The notes: generated by a model from the sequence alone, not told the origin. DNA of 55,087 bases from an uncultured Candidatus Actinomarina sp. (GCA_902576605.1 CACGVI010000005.1:1-55087); one strand, 5' to 3'. Positions 40,477 to 48,672 are shown, counted from the stretch's first letter. A program made the numbers and translations.

Positions 40477-41994
40477 ATGAGTGATGTCTTAGATAAAAAA
40501 ATTGAAAATGTTTTAGATCAAGCAGATCGAATGTTCATAGCTACTAGCGTAGGAGGAAACTCTTCTGGAGCATCTGTATTTTTTAGTAGAGATGGAGAGG
40601 ATCTAGTTTTCTTTACCTTCCACCCTACCCGCAAAGCTGAGCAAATAAGATTAAACCCCAGAGTGCACGTTGTAATCTGGCCAAAAGGTCAAGAAGGAAT
40701 CGAAGGATTACAAATTGATGGTGAGTGCTACAAGATAAAAGATGAAGATGAAAAGAAAAGAGCTTACGAATTAGTCTTAAATACAACCGAAGCGTTTAAA
40801 GAGTTCATGGAAGATGAGTTTTTAATTAAAAATGATGTTGTTGGTTATTACAGAATTAAACCAACAACCATTAAATATGTGAACTTTTATCAAGAAGAAA
40901 AGTTTGAGTGGAAGACATATCCTGCAAACAAAACATCTGCAGTAAAAATGGCATTTAAACTCGGACTAAAAAGAATTGGACTATGGTTAAGAACTATTCG
41001 CGCACCATTTTTAACAGCTACTTTTGCCCCAATTTTTATTGGTGCAGCAGTTGCTTGGAATGATTTAAAAGAAGCTGGTTTAGATTCAAGTTGGTCATGG
41101 AGAATGTTTTGGCTTGTTCTTGGTGGAGCATCACTAGCTCAAGTTGCTACAAACGCATCAAATGATTATTTCGATCACACTTCAAATGCTGATGAAATAA
41201 ACAAAGTGGCAAGTCCATTTAATGGTGGTAGTAGGGTTATACAAGTTGGCTTAATGACACCTGGACAAGTTCTTTTAACTGCATTAATTAGTATTGCTGG
41301 AACTGTTGCTATTGGTCTTCATTTAAATCAACAAGTTAGTGGAGAGTTTTTTGGTAATACTCCAATTTTATGGACAGGTATAATTGGAACATTTTTAGCC
41401 CTGGGCTATACCGGTGATCCTGTAAGACTTGGATACAAAGGTTTCGGAGAAATCGCAATTGCACTTGGATTTGGTCCAGTTATGGTAATGGGAGCACATT
41501 ACGTATTGACAGCGTCAATTCATAACAATGTAATTTCAGAATGGAATTGGATTGAAGCATTGCTTGCATCTGTTCCAATAGCAATTCTTGTAATGCTTAT
41601 TGTCTGGATTAATCAGTTTCAAGATGCTCCTTCTGATGCTGCAGTAGGTAAAAATACTTGGGTTGTAAGAACTGCAGAACAAGGTGAGTGGATGAAGCTT
41701 GAAAAACCAATGAAGTTGTATAAGCAATTCATGATTGAAGCATTTGTTGCAGTTGCGTTTGTAGGTGTCATAAGTTTTTTCACAGATTACGGTACAGTTT
41801 ATGCTTTCATGGCGTTACTCCCCCTTGCGCTTGTTTGGAAAGCTTTTAAGATGGCCGATGAATGGATGATTAAGTGGAATAATCCTGAGGCTGATCGTCA
41901 AAAAGTTCCTTACGAACTTCTTTTAGTAAATGTATCGACAATAGGAATTCATTTCCTAACAGGTATTTTGCTAGCAGTGGCATACATTCTCTAA
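40477..41994 (+). CDS. menA: Fusion of a pyridoxamine-5'-phosphate-oxidase-like split-barrel domain and MenA (DHNA prenyltransferase, UbiA family)
   Basis: N-term MFIATS..., FFTFHPTRKAEQIRLNPRV, GLQIDG (PNPOx-like); C-term IRAPFLTAT, NASNDYFD, GGSRVIQ, NQFQDAPSD..VGKNT. Start 40477 (ORF track 40405). Confidence 0.85.
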   Translation: MSDVLDKKIENVLDQADRMFIATSVGGNSSGASVFFSRDGEDLVFFTFHPTRKAEQIRLNPRVHVVIWPKGQEGIEGLQIDGECYKIKDEDEKKRAYELVLNTTEAFKEFMEDEFLIKNDVVGYYRIKPTTIKYVNFYQEEKFEWKTYPANKTSAVKMAFKLGLKRIGLWLRTIRAPFLTATFAPIFIGAAVAWNDLKEAGLDSSWSWRMFWLVLGGASLAQVATNASNDYFDHTSNADEINKVASPFNGGSRVIQVGLMTPGQVLLTALISIAGTVAIGLHLNQQVSGEFFGNTPILWTGIIGTFLALGYTGDPVRLGYKGFGEIAIALGFGPVMVMGAHYVLTASIHNNVISEWNWIEALLASVPIAILVMLIVWINQFQDAPSDAAVGKNTWVVRTAEQGEWMKLEKPMKLYKQFMIEAFVAVAFVGVISFFTDYGTVYAFMALLPLALVWKAFKMADEWMIKWNNPEADRQKVPYELLLVNVSTIGIHFLTGILLAVAYIL

Positions 41995-42618
41995 TTGGCT
42001 GAAAAAGCTAACTTTTCAAACATATATAAGTTTTACGACGTAATTAATTCTTTCATAACACTTGGGTTTGATAAATCTTGGAGAAACAAAGCCAGTAACC
42101 ATATAACTGGTACAAGGGTTTTAGATCTTGGAAGTGGAACTGGTGCAGCTTTTCAACAGCTTCAAAACCTCGAAGTAACGGCTATTGACCCTGATGAAAA
42201 GATGCTTCAACTTAATAAATTCAAAAACAAAATTATTGGTGGTGCTGAAAACCTTCCGTTTCCAGATAACTCTTTCGACAGTGTTTATTGTGCTTTTGTA
42301 TGGAGAAATGTAAACGATCCAACAAAAGGCATTGAAGAGGTACATAGAGTTTTACGACCAGGTGGAAAATTTATTCTTCTTGATATGACCAGGCCTAAAA
42401 ATAACTTTCTTAAATTACTACATAAGGTTGGTACATTCAAAGTAACTCTATTGATTGGATTGTTAACCTTTAACTTAAGAGAGTACAGATTTCTTCACAA
42501 CTCACTAGATAAATATCCTCAACCTGAAGAATATTTTCAAGCCCACCCTTTTCAATATTGCAATATAGAAAGAATGGGCTTGTTTAAATTTGTTTACCTA
42601 ACGGTGCTGACGAAATAA
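41995..42618 (+). CDS. menG: Demethylmenaquinone methyltransferase (MenG/UbiE family)
   Basis: YDVINSFITLGFDKSWR, VLDLGSGTG, AENLPFPDNSFD, RVLRPGG; directly after menA. Confidence 0.85.
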   Translation: MAEKANFSNIYKFYDVINSFITLGFDKSWRNKASNHITGTRVLDLGSGTGAAFQQLQNLEVTAIDPDEKMLQLNKFKNKIIGGAENLPFPDNSFDSVYCAFVWRNVNDPTKGIEEVHRVLRPGGKFILLDMTRPKNNFLKLLHKVGTFKVTLLIGLLTFNLREYRFLHNSLDKYPQPEEYFQAHPFQYCNIERMGLFKFVYLTVLTK

Positions 42619-42638
42619 GTAATGTTAGGCTAATAATT

Positions 42639-43094
42639 TTAAAATGGGGGCATATCGTCATCATCGTAATCCCTTCTATATCGCCAAGGTGGGATATTTA
42701 AATCGGTTTCTATACTTTTTAAAAAATCATTCATATTTGATTTTTTTATTTTTAATGCACTAAAGGTATTGATATTAAATTCTGGAAATTTTTCAACATT
42801 TGATAGTACAGTTTGTATTGCATCAGCATTCCCAGCTTCTACGTATAATTCAAGTTCTTTAAGTGCATCTAGTCTTAAATTCAACTGTCGAATATATAAA
42901 GAAAGTTCTTTAAGGTATATACTCGATAGAAGAGTTGAGTAAAAAACAGGATTTGTTGTCATCCAGTTGGTTACACTATTTGCTGATATATTAAGTTCAT
43001 CCAAGATATCTTCAACATCATTACCCGCTACAAATAGGTTTATAAAATGAGTTTGTTTTTCGCTTAGTTTGCCAAGCTTTTTTTTAGAATTCAT
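42639..43094 (-). CDS. HTH-domain protein
   Basis: LSEKQTHFINLFVAG..VEDILDELNISANSVTNW...NPVF resembles N-terminal HTHs of phage/terminase-small-type proteins; acidic tail DYDDDDMPPF; overlaps the upstream gene. Confidence 0.65.
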   Translation of the reverse strand: MNSKKKLGKLSEKQTHFINLFVAGNDVEDILDELNISANSVTNWMTTNPVFYSTLLSSIYLKELSLYIRQLNLRLDALKELELYVEAGNADAIQTVLSNVEKFPEFNINTFSALKIKKSNMNDFLKSIETDLNIPPWRYRRDYDDDDMPPF

Positions 43095-43611
43095 TGAAAT
43101 CCTCCATACTCATTTCATCGGGAAGAGGTGGGGTTGTATTTAACTCTTTATACATTTCAGGTATCCAAGGCATAAGGTCTGGACATTGCGATGACACAGT
43201 AGAAACTAAATATTGATGATATTCAAATTGTTTTTTACTACTTTTTGAAATTGCATAAACACAAACATATAACCATGTAATCAGTGATACTGGAACACTT
43301 GTAGTTTGTTGTGTCGTCTTAATAAACACTCCAGGCCCCTCAAGTAGAAGATGAATTGGCATCCCATCAAAGGGGTGAATCATTACTCCATCATCTAACT
43401 TTTCAGCATTCAATTTTTTTTGTGTGTTTGTAAATAAAAAAATAAACAAAAATATTGAAACAAAATAGCTCGCAACTAAATTGCTTCTGTAAAGCCATGC
43501 AGAAGCAATTAAATATATATTTGTTATTGCTAATAAAAGCACTAAGTATATTTTTGAAAACTTATTATTTCGCATAAGCTTTGGTATTTGTGATTTAAAT
43601 TTAGACAACAT
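43084..43611 (-). CDS. Hypothetical protein with two N-terminal TM helices
   Basis: IYLVLLLAITNIYLIASAWLY and LVASYFVSIFLFIFLF segments; ATG directly after the herA stop. Confidence 0.7.
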   Translation of the reverse strand: MLSKFKSQIPKLMRNNKFSKIYLVLLLAITNIYLIASAWLYRSNLVASYFVSIFLFIFLFTNTQKKLNAEKLDDGVMIHPFDGMPIHLLLEGPGVFIKTTQQTTSVPVSLITWLYVCVYAISKSSKKQFEYHQYLVSTVSSQCPDLMPWIPEMYKELNTTPPLPDEMSMEDFNEF

Positions 43612-45360
43612 TTAAAAATCCTCAACAGAAAATTCTATCAACATGCCTTTTCCATTTGGATCAATTGCAGACCTAAGTCCTAAAGCAAAAAATTGACAGC
43701 TAATCATTAGACCAGTTTTTTTATCTTCATCAAGTGGATCTAGTGTTTTGAGCTCTTTAAATGCTTCACTTGTTAAATTTTTTGATAATTGATTAATTAC
43801 TGACTGCTGTATTCCGTACCCTAAAAGTAGAATTTTGTTTTTAATTCTCTCAAAAATTTCACTATCAAGTTGCAGTGGATCCGGATTTACAAATGCAAAA
43901 CCTAAGCCTTTGGATCTGGCCCAATTATTCAGCAATTCTTTAATGCCTTTAATAGCGCTTTCCTGATATATATTTTCTGTTTTATTTGGAAAATACATAC
44001 CAGCCTCATCAGCAAAAAATAAAGCTTTTGTCTGTTTGAAATTAGAATCTGATAAAAGTTTCTTTTGGCGTTCAATCAATTTTGAAACTATAAGACTCAA
44101 ATGCTTTTCTTTTACCCACTCAGGGATAAAATTTTTACTTCCTGGATGGATAAAAATTATGGTATTTTTACCTGAGTTTTTTGTCTTGCTAGATTTCTTT
44201 GTCAAAAACTCGTCTATAATTTCTTCAATACTCCACTTTTTATCATTACTAGAGAAGTACTGTATTAATTTATTTAGATTATTTTGGATGGAACAGACTC
44301 TGTAGTTATCATTTAAAAGTTCTGTTACTTTTTCTTTAAATGCCTCCAGTGGTCTAGGATTCGAAACCCCAGCATATACTTGAGTAGCATATGTATCTTC
44401 TTCAAATTTTTGAAGGATAAATATTACGTCATCTCTTTGAACTTCAGAACCATTTTTTATTAATTCAGGTTTTTCTTTTAGTAAGATATCTAAGAAAACG
44501 TCAATGAATTTTGCTTTGTTTCCAATATTAAAAGTAGCTTTGTTATTAAAAGTATCATATGCTTTAGCCATTGCAACTAAATTTTCATGATTCAAATCTA
44601 AAATAATGTCATCAAAAATTGATAAATTATAAATTTCTCGATTGTTTTGATGCACTGTATCAATAAAGTTTTTACTAGAGGCAAGAGATTCACCATACAT
44701 TTGGGACTTTGGATCAATGCCTAGCAGATTGATATCAGTTCCAGAATAAATTTTCAGCAAATTCAATAGTACTGAACTCTTACCCTGACCCGTATCGGCA
44801 AATATACCAATATGCTTAGCAGAGTTATCGTGATTTGGTTTTAAAATCAGATTGTCATATCCACCTTTAATTTTTTTTGAGGGAATTCTTCCAAATTTTG
44901 AATAGTCTTCTAGGTTTAATGTAGATTCCAATTTTTCTATAAAATCTCCAGCATCAACAACTGCTTCACCTGGCAATATGGGTCTGGGTAATGCATTTAA
45001 CGACTTAACGCCATCAATTGGATCAGTCTCAATTACGTTGTATATTTTAAAATTTGCTTTGTAATATGTAGTTTCACGAATTTTTAGCTCTAACGCATAG
45101 CCATCAATATTTTCAATTTCATTCGATCTTGAACGTGTATATTCAATATATTCCTTGTTTCTATCTTCAACACCATTAATTGGCTCTAACCCTGTAACTA
45201 CACCAGCTACTAGATAGCTTGCCATAGTCTTAGGGTTTTGGATTTTAATTGCTAGCATTTCGCCTTCGCGAATAGATTCCCTGTTGTCTCCAGATACTGT
45301 TATGGGTACCTCCCATACATCTCCTCCAACATTTGTTTTAGCTATAATATTTTCTGACAT
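43612..45360 (-). CDS. herA: HerA-like (FtsK/HerA superfamily) ATPase
   Basis: N-terminal beta-rich HAS-barrel-like region; HIGIFADTGQGKS Walker A, GIDPK, FFADEAGMYFP Walker B, WARSKGLG arginine-finger region; AAAGGAG SD. Confidence 0.85.
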   Translation of the reverse strand: MSENIIAKTNVGGDVWEVPITVSGDNRESIREGEMLAIKIQNPKTMASYLVAGVVTGLEPINGVEDRNKEYIEYTRSRSNEIENIDGYALELKIRETTYYKANFKIYNVIETDPIDGVKSLNALPRPILPGEAVVDAGDFIEKLESTLNLEDYSKFGRIPSKKIKGGYDNLILKPNHDNSAKHIGIFADTGQGKSSVLLNLLKIYSGTDINLLGIDPKSQMYGESLASSKNFIDTVHQNNREIYNLSIFDDIILDLNHENLVAMAKAYDTFNNKATFNIGNKAKFIDVFLDILLKEKPELIKNGSEVQRDDVIFILQKFEEDTYATQVYAGVSNPRPLEAFKEKVTELLNDNYRVCSIQNNLNKLIQYFSSNDKKWSIEEIIDEFLTKKSSKTKNSGKNTIIFIHPGSKNFIPEWVKEKHLSLIVSKLIERQKKLLSDSNFKQTKALFFADEAGMYFPNKTENIYQESAIKGIKELLNNWARSKGLGFAFVNPDPLQLDSEIFERIKNKILLLGYGIQQSVINQLSKNLTSEAFKELKTLDPLDEDKKTGLMISCQFFALGLRSAIDPNGKGMLIEFSVEDF

Positions 45361-45372
45361 TTTATCTCCTTT

Positions 45373-46437
45373 TCATGTCCTGACTCTAAATGGAAGATTA
45401 TGTAAAAAATCTTCCTGTTCCATTGCTATTTTTTCATCCAAGCTATTGAGCGAGAACCTACGCTTCATTTCACTTTTAGCAAAATCTTCTGCAAAAAATG
45501 TAGCATAAGGTTCTTTTTGAATACCCAACATTTCTATGGATAAAGCTTTAAATATTGATTGTTTTGATTTTTGAAATAACTTGTTGTTTAAATATTCAAC
45601 TTTTAAAGGACTGTCGTTTGTGTCAAACTTAAGGATTTCACCCTTATATATATTTTTAGAGAAATTTAACAACCTTTCATATTGATCTATGTAATCAGCT
45701 GCATTGCTATCAAAAGCTCTTAATGAAGAGAGCCTCGTAAGCATTTGGTCTTGATGTATTTTCTCAATAAAGGATTCATTAGAATGCAATACAACACCAA
45801 AAACTCTCTTTGGAATCAATTGATTATAGTCTTTTTTAAATTCATCTAGAATAATTTTCAAATCATATGAAAAAAAATCCTTAACAACATAACAAACTGT
45901 ATTTGTCATTAAATTATCAACTAAAGTTTTAAACTCAGACGCATCGAATCGATCACAAAGTTCTGGAAAAATTTCAACAAGGTTTTTAATATCTTTAAGA
46001 ATTGCCCAGAATGGTCCATCTACAATTATCAAATCATCGTCTTGAGTATTTTTGCAAGTTTCATTAATAGCTTGGAATTCAAGTAGCCTCATTTGCAAGA
46101 GATCTTTTTCTAAATTTGTAGACCAGATTGTGTCAGATTTTGCAAAATCGTACTGATGCCGTCCTTCAAGAATTACACCTGTTGTTGAAGCACATGCTAT
46201 AACTTTGTATTTGTATTCTCCACTTACATCATTTATTTCAGATAGTGTGCCATCAATTCCAAAGGTTCTTGGTGATGGCACAACTATCTTTTCCCCTTGC
46301 CCTATAGGGGTAAGGGTCCCAGGGTTATTTCTTAAAATATATTCTCTTAATCGCATCCTATCTTTAGCTAAATTTGTTCTTAACTTATAGTCGTTTATTG
46401 ATAGAGAGCTAATTGAGTTCTCTGTAGTTTTACTCAT
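45373..46437 (-). CDS. nurA: NurA-family nuclease
   Basis: FGIDGT, MRLLE, LIIVDGP, YVVK and C-terminal EPY....AE..AK match NurA motifs; directly upstream of herA. Start MSKT at 46437 (ORF track 46461). Confidence 0.8.
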   Translation of the reverse strand: MSKTTENSISSLSINDYKLRTNLAKDRMRLREYILRNNPGTLTPIGQGEKIVVPSPRTFGIDGTLSEINDVSGEYKYKVIACASTTGVILEGRHQYDFAKSDTIWSTNLEKDLLQMRLLEFQAINETCKNTQDDDLIIVDGPFWAILKDIKNLVEIFPELCDRFDASEFKTLVDNLMTNTVCYVVKDFFSYDLKIILDEFKKDYNQLIPKRVFGVVLHSNESFIEKIHQDQMLTRLSSLRAFDSNAADYIDQYERLLNFSKNIYKGEILKFDTNDSPLKVEYLNNKLFQKSKQSIFKALSIEMLGIQKEPYATFFAEDFAKSEMKRRFSLNSLDEKIAMEQEDFLHNLPFRVRT

Positions 46438-46555
46438 AAGACTGTTCCAAAATATTTTCAAATCCCTGCTCAGTTATTAGATTTTCTAATTCAGTAAGCC
46501 GAAGGTCAAGAGCGGTTGTTTCACTCTGAAGGTAATCTAAGATTTTCACAATCAT
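46430..46555 (-). CDS. Small acidic protein MIVKILDYLQSETTALDLRLTELENLITEQGFENILEQSYE (not in ORF track)
   Basis: 41-aa ORF filling the gap before nurA; its stop overlaps the nurA start (ATGAGTAA); helical/coiled-coil-like pattern. Confidence 0.55.
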   Translation of the reverse strand: MIVKILDYLQSETTALDLRLTELENLITEQGFENILEQSYE

Positions 46556-46574
46556 TGATATCTTTTTAAACAAC

Positions 46575-46967
46575 TTATACATTTGTAGGTCCTTCTTCAG
46601 TGGAACTTTCTTCTAAAACATACTTAAAAATTTGTGCTTCATTCATCATTGGAGCAACAGCAACTAAGAAGTTCCCAGTGTCATCTTCCACAACAAAATT
46701 TTGTTTTGTTTTTGGGTCAACTTCTTTTATAAATATTTGATCCGGATCTAATGAATGAAATTCATCCTTTGATGCAATTTCTCCAAATAAAACACAGCCG
46801 TCATCATCTGTAAAAACCAATTGATCTCCTTCTGCAAAGTGACCTTTTAGTTGACCAGTTTTATACCTTCTTAATACTTCCGTATTGATTATTTGGCACA
46901 ATTGATACAATTTTGAGTTTGTTGTATTAGATATGCTTTCTTTAATTGTTGTTAAAACTTCTTCCAT
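46575..46967 (-). CDS. Hypothetical acidic protein (helix plus possible SH3-like beta domain)
   Basis: 130 aa; AAGGAG SD; FAEGDQLVF...LFGEI pattern resembles SH3/KOW barrels. Confidence 0.7.
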   Translation of the reverse strand: MEEVLTTIKESISNTTNSKLYQLCQIINTEVLRRYKTGQLKGHFAEGDQLVFTDDDGCVLFGEIASKDEFHSLDPDQIFIKEVDPKTKQNFVVEDDTGNFLVAVAPMMNEAQIFKYVLEESSTEEGPTNV

Positions 46968-46969
46968 TT

Positions 46970-47158
46970 TTATTCTCCTTGAGTTCTATTGATATGTCCA
47001 CGTATCCTTGGGAAGGAAACTGGTGTGTGTAAAAAGCAATATTTTTTTTTGTTGTAAATCGATAGTTGCGTAAGGCAGTATTGCTCTGCACAAAATCTAC
47101 CGCTAACATATTGCTTCGACTTGCGTCTGTTACTCGTTCCGAGTCTTTTTCCATTCAT
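46970..47158 (-). CDS. Small basic protein with putative C-x4-C-x12-C-x2-H zinc finger
   Basis: GRFCAEQYCLTQLSIYNKKKYCFLH; AGGAGA SD 7 nt upstream; stop 2 nt before the next start. Confidence 0.72.
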   Translation of the reverse strand: MNGKRLGTSNRRKSKQYVSGRFCAEQYCLTQLSIYNKKKYCFLHTPVSFPRIRGHINRTQGE

Positions 47159-47177
47159 TCGAAATTCTCCTAAATTA

Positions 47178-47197
47178 AATAACTATTAATAACTATT
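47178..47197. repeat. Tandem direct repeat (AATAACTATT)x2
   Basis: Two exact 10-bp copies next to the 9-bp array. Confidence 0.75.
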
Positions 47198-47199
47198 TT

Positions 47200-47261
47200 T
47201 GAGCAGAGTGAGCAGAGTGAGCAGAGTGAGCAGAGTGAGCAGAGTGAGCAGAGTGAGCAGA
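47200..47261. repeat. Tandem repeat (TGAGCAGAG)x6 + TGAGCAGA
   Basis: Six perfect 9-bp units plus 8 nt of a seventh, read directly. Confidence 0.97.
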
Positions 47262-47270
47262 AAACATACC

Positions 47271-47311
47271 TTGGTAGTGCAAACCGTCTGCTCATTGGTA
47301 AGCACTACCAA
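47271..47311. repeat. Inverted repeat TTGGTAGTGC / GCACTACCAA with repeat-complementary loop
   Basis: Perfect 10-bp arms (47271-47280, 47302-47311); the loop contains TCTGCTCA (47287-47294), the reverse complement of TGAGCAGA. Confidence 0.9.
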
Positions 47312-47427
47312 AAGTAATAATCTATTTATAACAGATATAAAAATTAATGCGCGCTTATTTTATAAGAATTTGATAATTTTTATAAATTTAGCAAAATCGT
47401 CGGTACAATATATAATAGTTAGTAACA

Positions 47428-48672
47428 ATGACAAAAATTAAAACTTTAGAAGAAATTAAATATCTGTTGGTTAGTGATTTTGGAATCAAAAATATTTCTG
47501 GCAGACCTATATTGACTACCAATTCAGAAGATATATCAGGCATTCTAGGAAGTGCCCTCCCCTCTATTTATTATCGTGTCGAAATTGAGTACGAAAATTA
47601 TAAAAATAATGCATATGTTATTTTTTCTTTAGCTTTGGATCCAATTAAAAATACTGAACTATATTCATATAATGAAAATACAATTAAAATTCTCAATTAT
47701 TCACAAAATCCTGGAAGATCACCTTCATCTCCTGAATTCAAAATTGAGTTAAGAGAAAATAATATTGATCAAAGTTTTGAAGTAGCCTACAGACAGTTTC
47801 ATAAAAATTTAGAAAATGATGAATTTGAAAATATTTTTTTAGATAAAGAATTAAAAACTCTGAAATTAGCTTTTTCTGATCTGGAAACAATACTGAATAA
47901 AACTAAAAAAGAAAGAAATAATCTAGTTCAACAAGTAAATGTAGAAAATGAGCTAAAGACATTTTCATTAGATCCTCAAATGTTTAATGACTTTAACATT
48001 TTAGATTTGCAAAAAACATGTACCCTTTTTCTTGAAGCTAGGTATGGTGCACTACATAAATTAAAAGAAGATAATTCAGATATTCAGACACTAGAAGTTA
48101 TTGATTGGCAACAACTTTATAATACTTACACTACAAAAAATATTGCTCTTTCCTATCTAAACAAAATAAACGATGCTGAATCTTTCAAAATAAATGATGA
48201 ATTTTTAATATCTATTTATTTCACAATAATCAAAGACTTGAATGGCATAGAGCAGAAAATATTTACTAAGGCATTAAAAAATTTAAATATTGAGCCAAGC
48301 ATTTTAGAAAGTAGCCTATATAAAGCAATTGATAGAATGAAAAAAATTCAAAATGAAGAATATCAAAAACGACAAAAGTTGAAATCGTCAATTGGCGAAG
48401 CTCCAAGGAAAAGAGAGTATAAAATTGAAATTAATTCTGCGACAAATCCAAAATTAAACAAAACAAGGGACGCCCTTTTATATATTGAAGTTTTACTGCG
48501 GTTAATATCCAAAAACAATACTATGAATCAAGATCTTCTTTTGCAAAGATCTTTAGACATGTATCTTAGAACTAAATTTGCAAGGTTTAAACAAGATGGG
48601 TATATAAATAATTCAAAAAATGGTCCTCGGTACACTCTTGAAAGCAAAGGTCGAAATCTTCTAACTAAATAA
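47428..48672 (+). CDS. Hypothetical 414-aa protein, helical, with possible C-terminal winged helix
   Basis: Long ORF divergent from the nurA-herA operon; C-terminus FARFKQDGYI....GPRYTLESKGRNLL fits a wHTH wing pattern; TATAAT at 47411-47416. Confidence 0.7.
   Translation: MTKIKTLEEIKYLLVSDFGIKNISGRPILTTNSEDISGILGSALPSIYYRVEIEYENYKNNAYVIFSLALDPIKNTELYSYNENTIKILNYSQNPGRSPSSPEFKIELRENNIDQSFEVAYRQFHKNLENDEFENIFLDKELKTLKLAFSDLETILNKTKKERNNLVQQVNVENELKTFSLDPQMFNDFNILDLQKTCTLFLEARYGALHKLKEDNSDIQTLEVIDWQQLYNTYTTKNIALSYLNKINDAESFKINDEFLISIYFTIIKDLNGIEQKIFTKALKNLNIEPSILESSLYKAIDRMKKIQNEEYQKRQKLKSSIGEAPRKREYKIEINSATNPKLNKTRDALLYIEVLLRLISKNNTMNQDLLLQRSLDMYLRTKFARFKQDGYINNSKNGPRYTLESKGRNLLTK

Noticed and set aside
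43612-45360. Conjugative VirB4/VirD4 ATPase
   Set aside because: HAS-barrel-like N-terminus and adjacency to NurA favour HerA; no other T4SS genes are present.
46942-47154. 70-aa alternative-frame ORF
   Set aside because: Overlaps the 62-aa ORF, which has better SD spacing, a Cys/His motif and a clean junction with the next gene.
47200-47261. CRISPR array
   Set aside because: Units are 9 bp, directly adjacent, with no spacers; no cas genes in the window.
47199-47441. 80-aa plus-strand ORF with (SRV)n
   Set aside because: By-product of the tandem repeat; TTG start without SD, and it runs across the likely promoter of the 414-aa gene.
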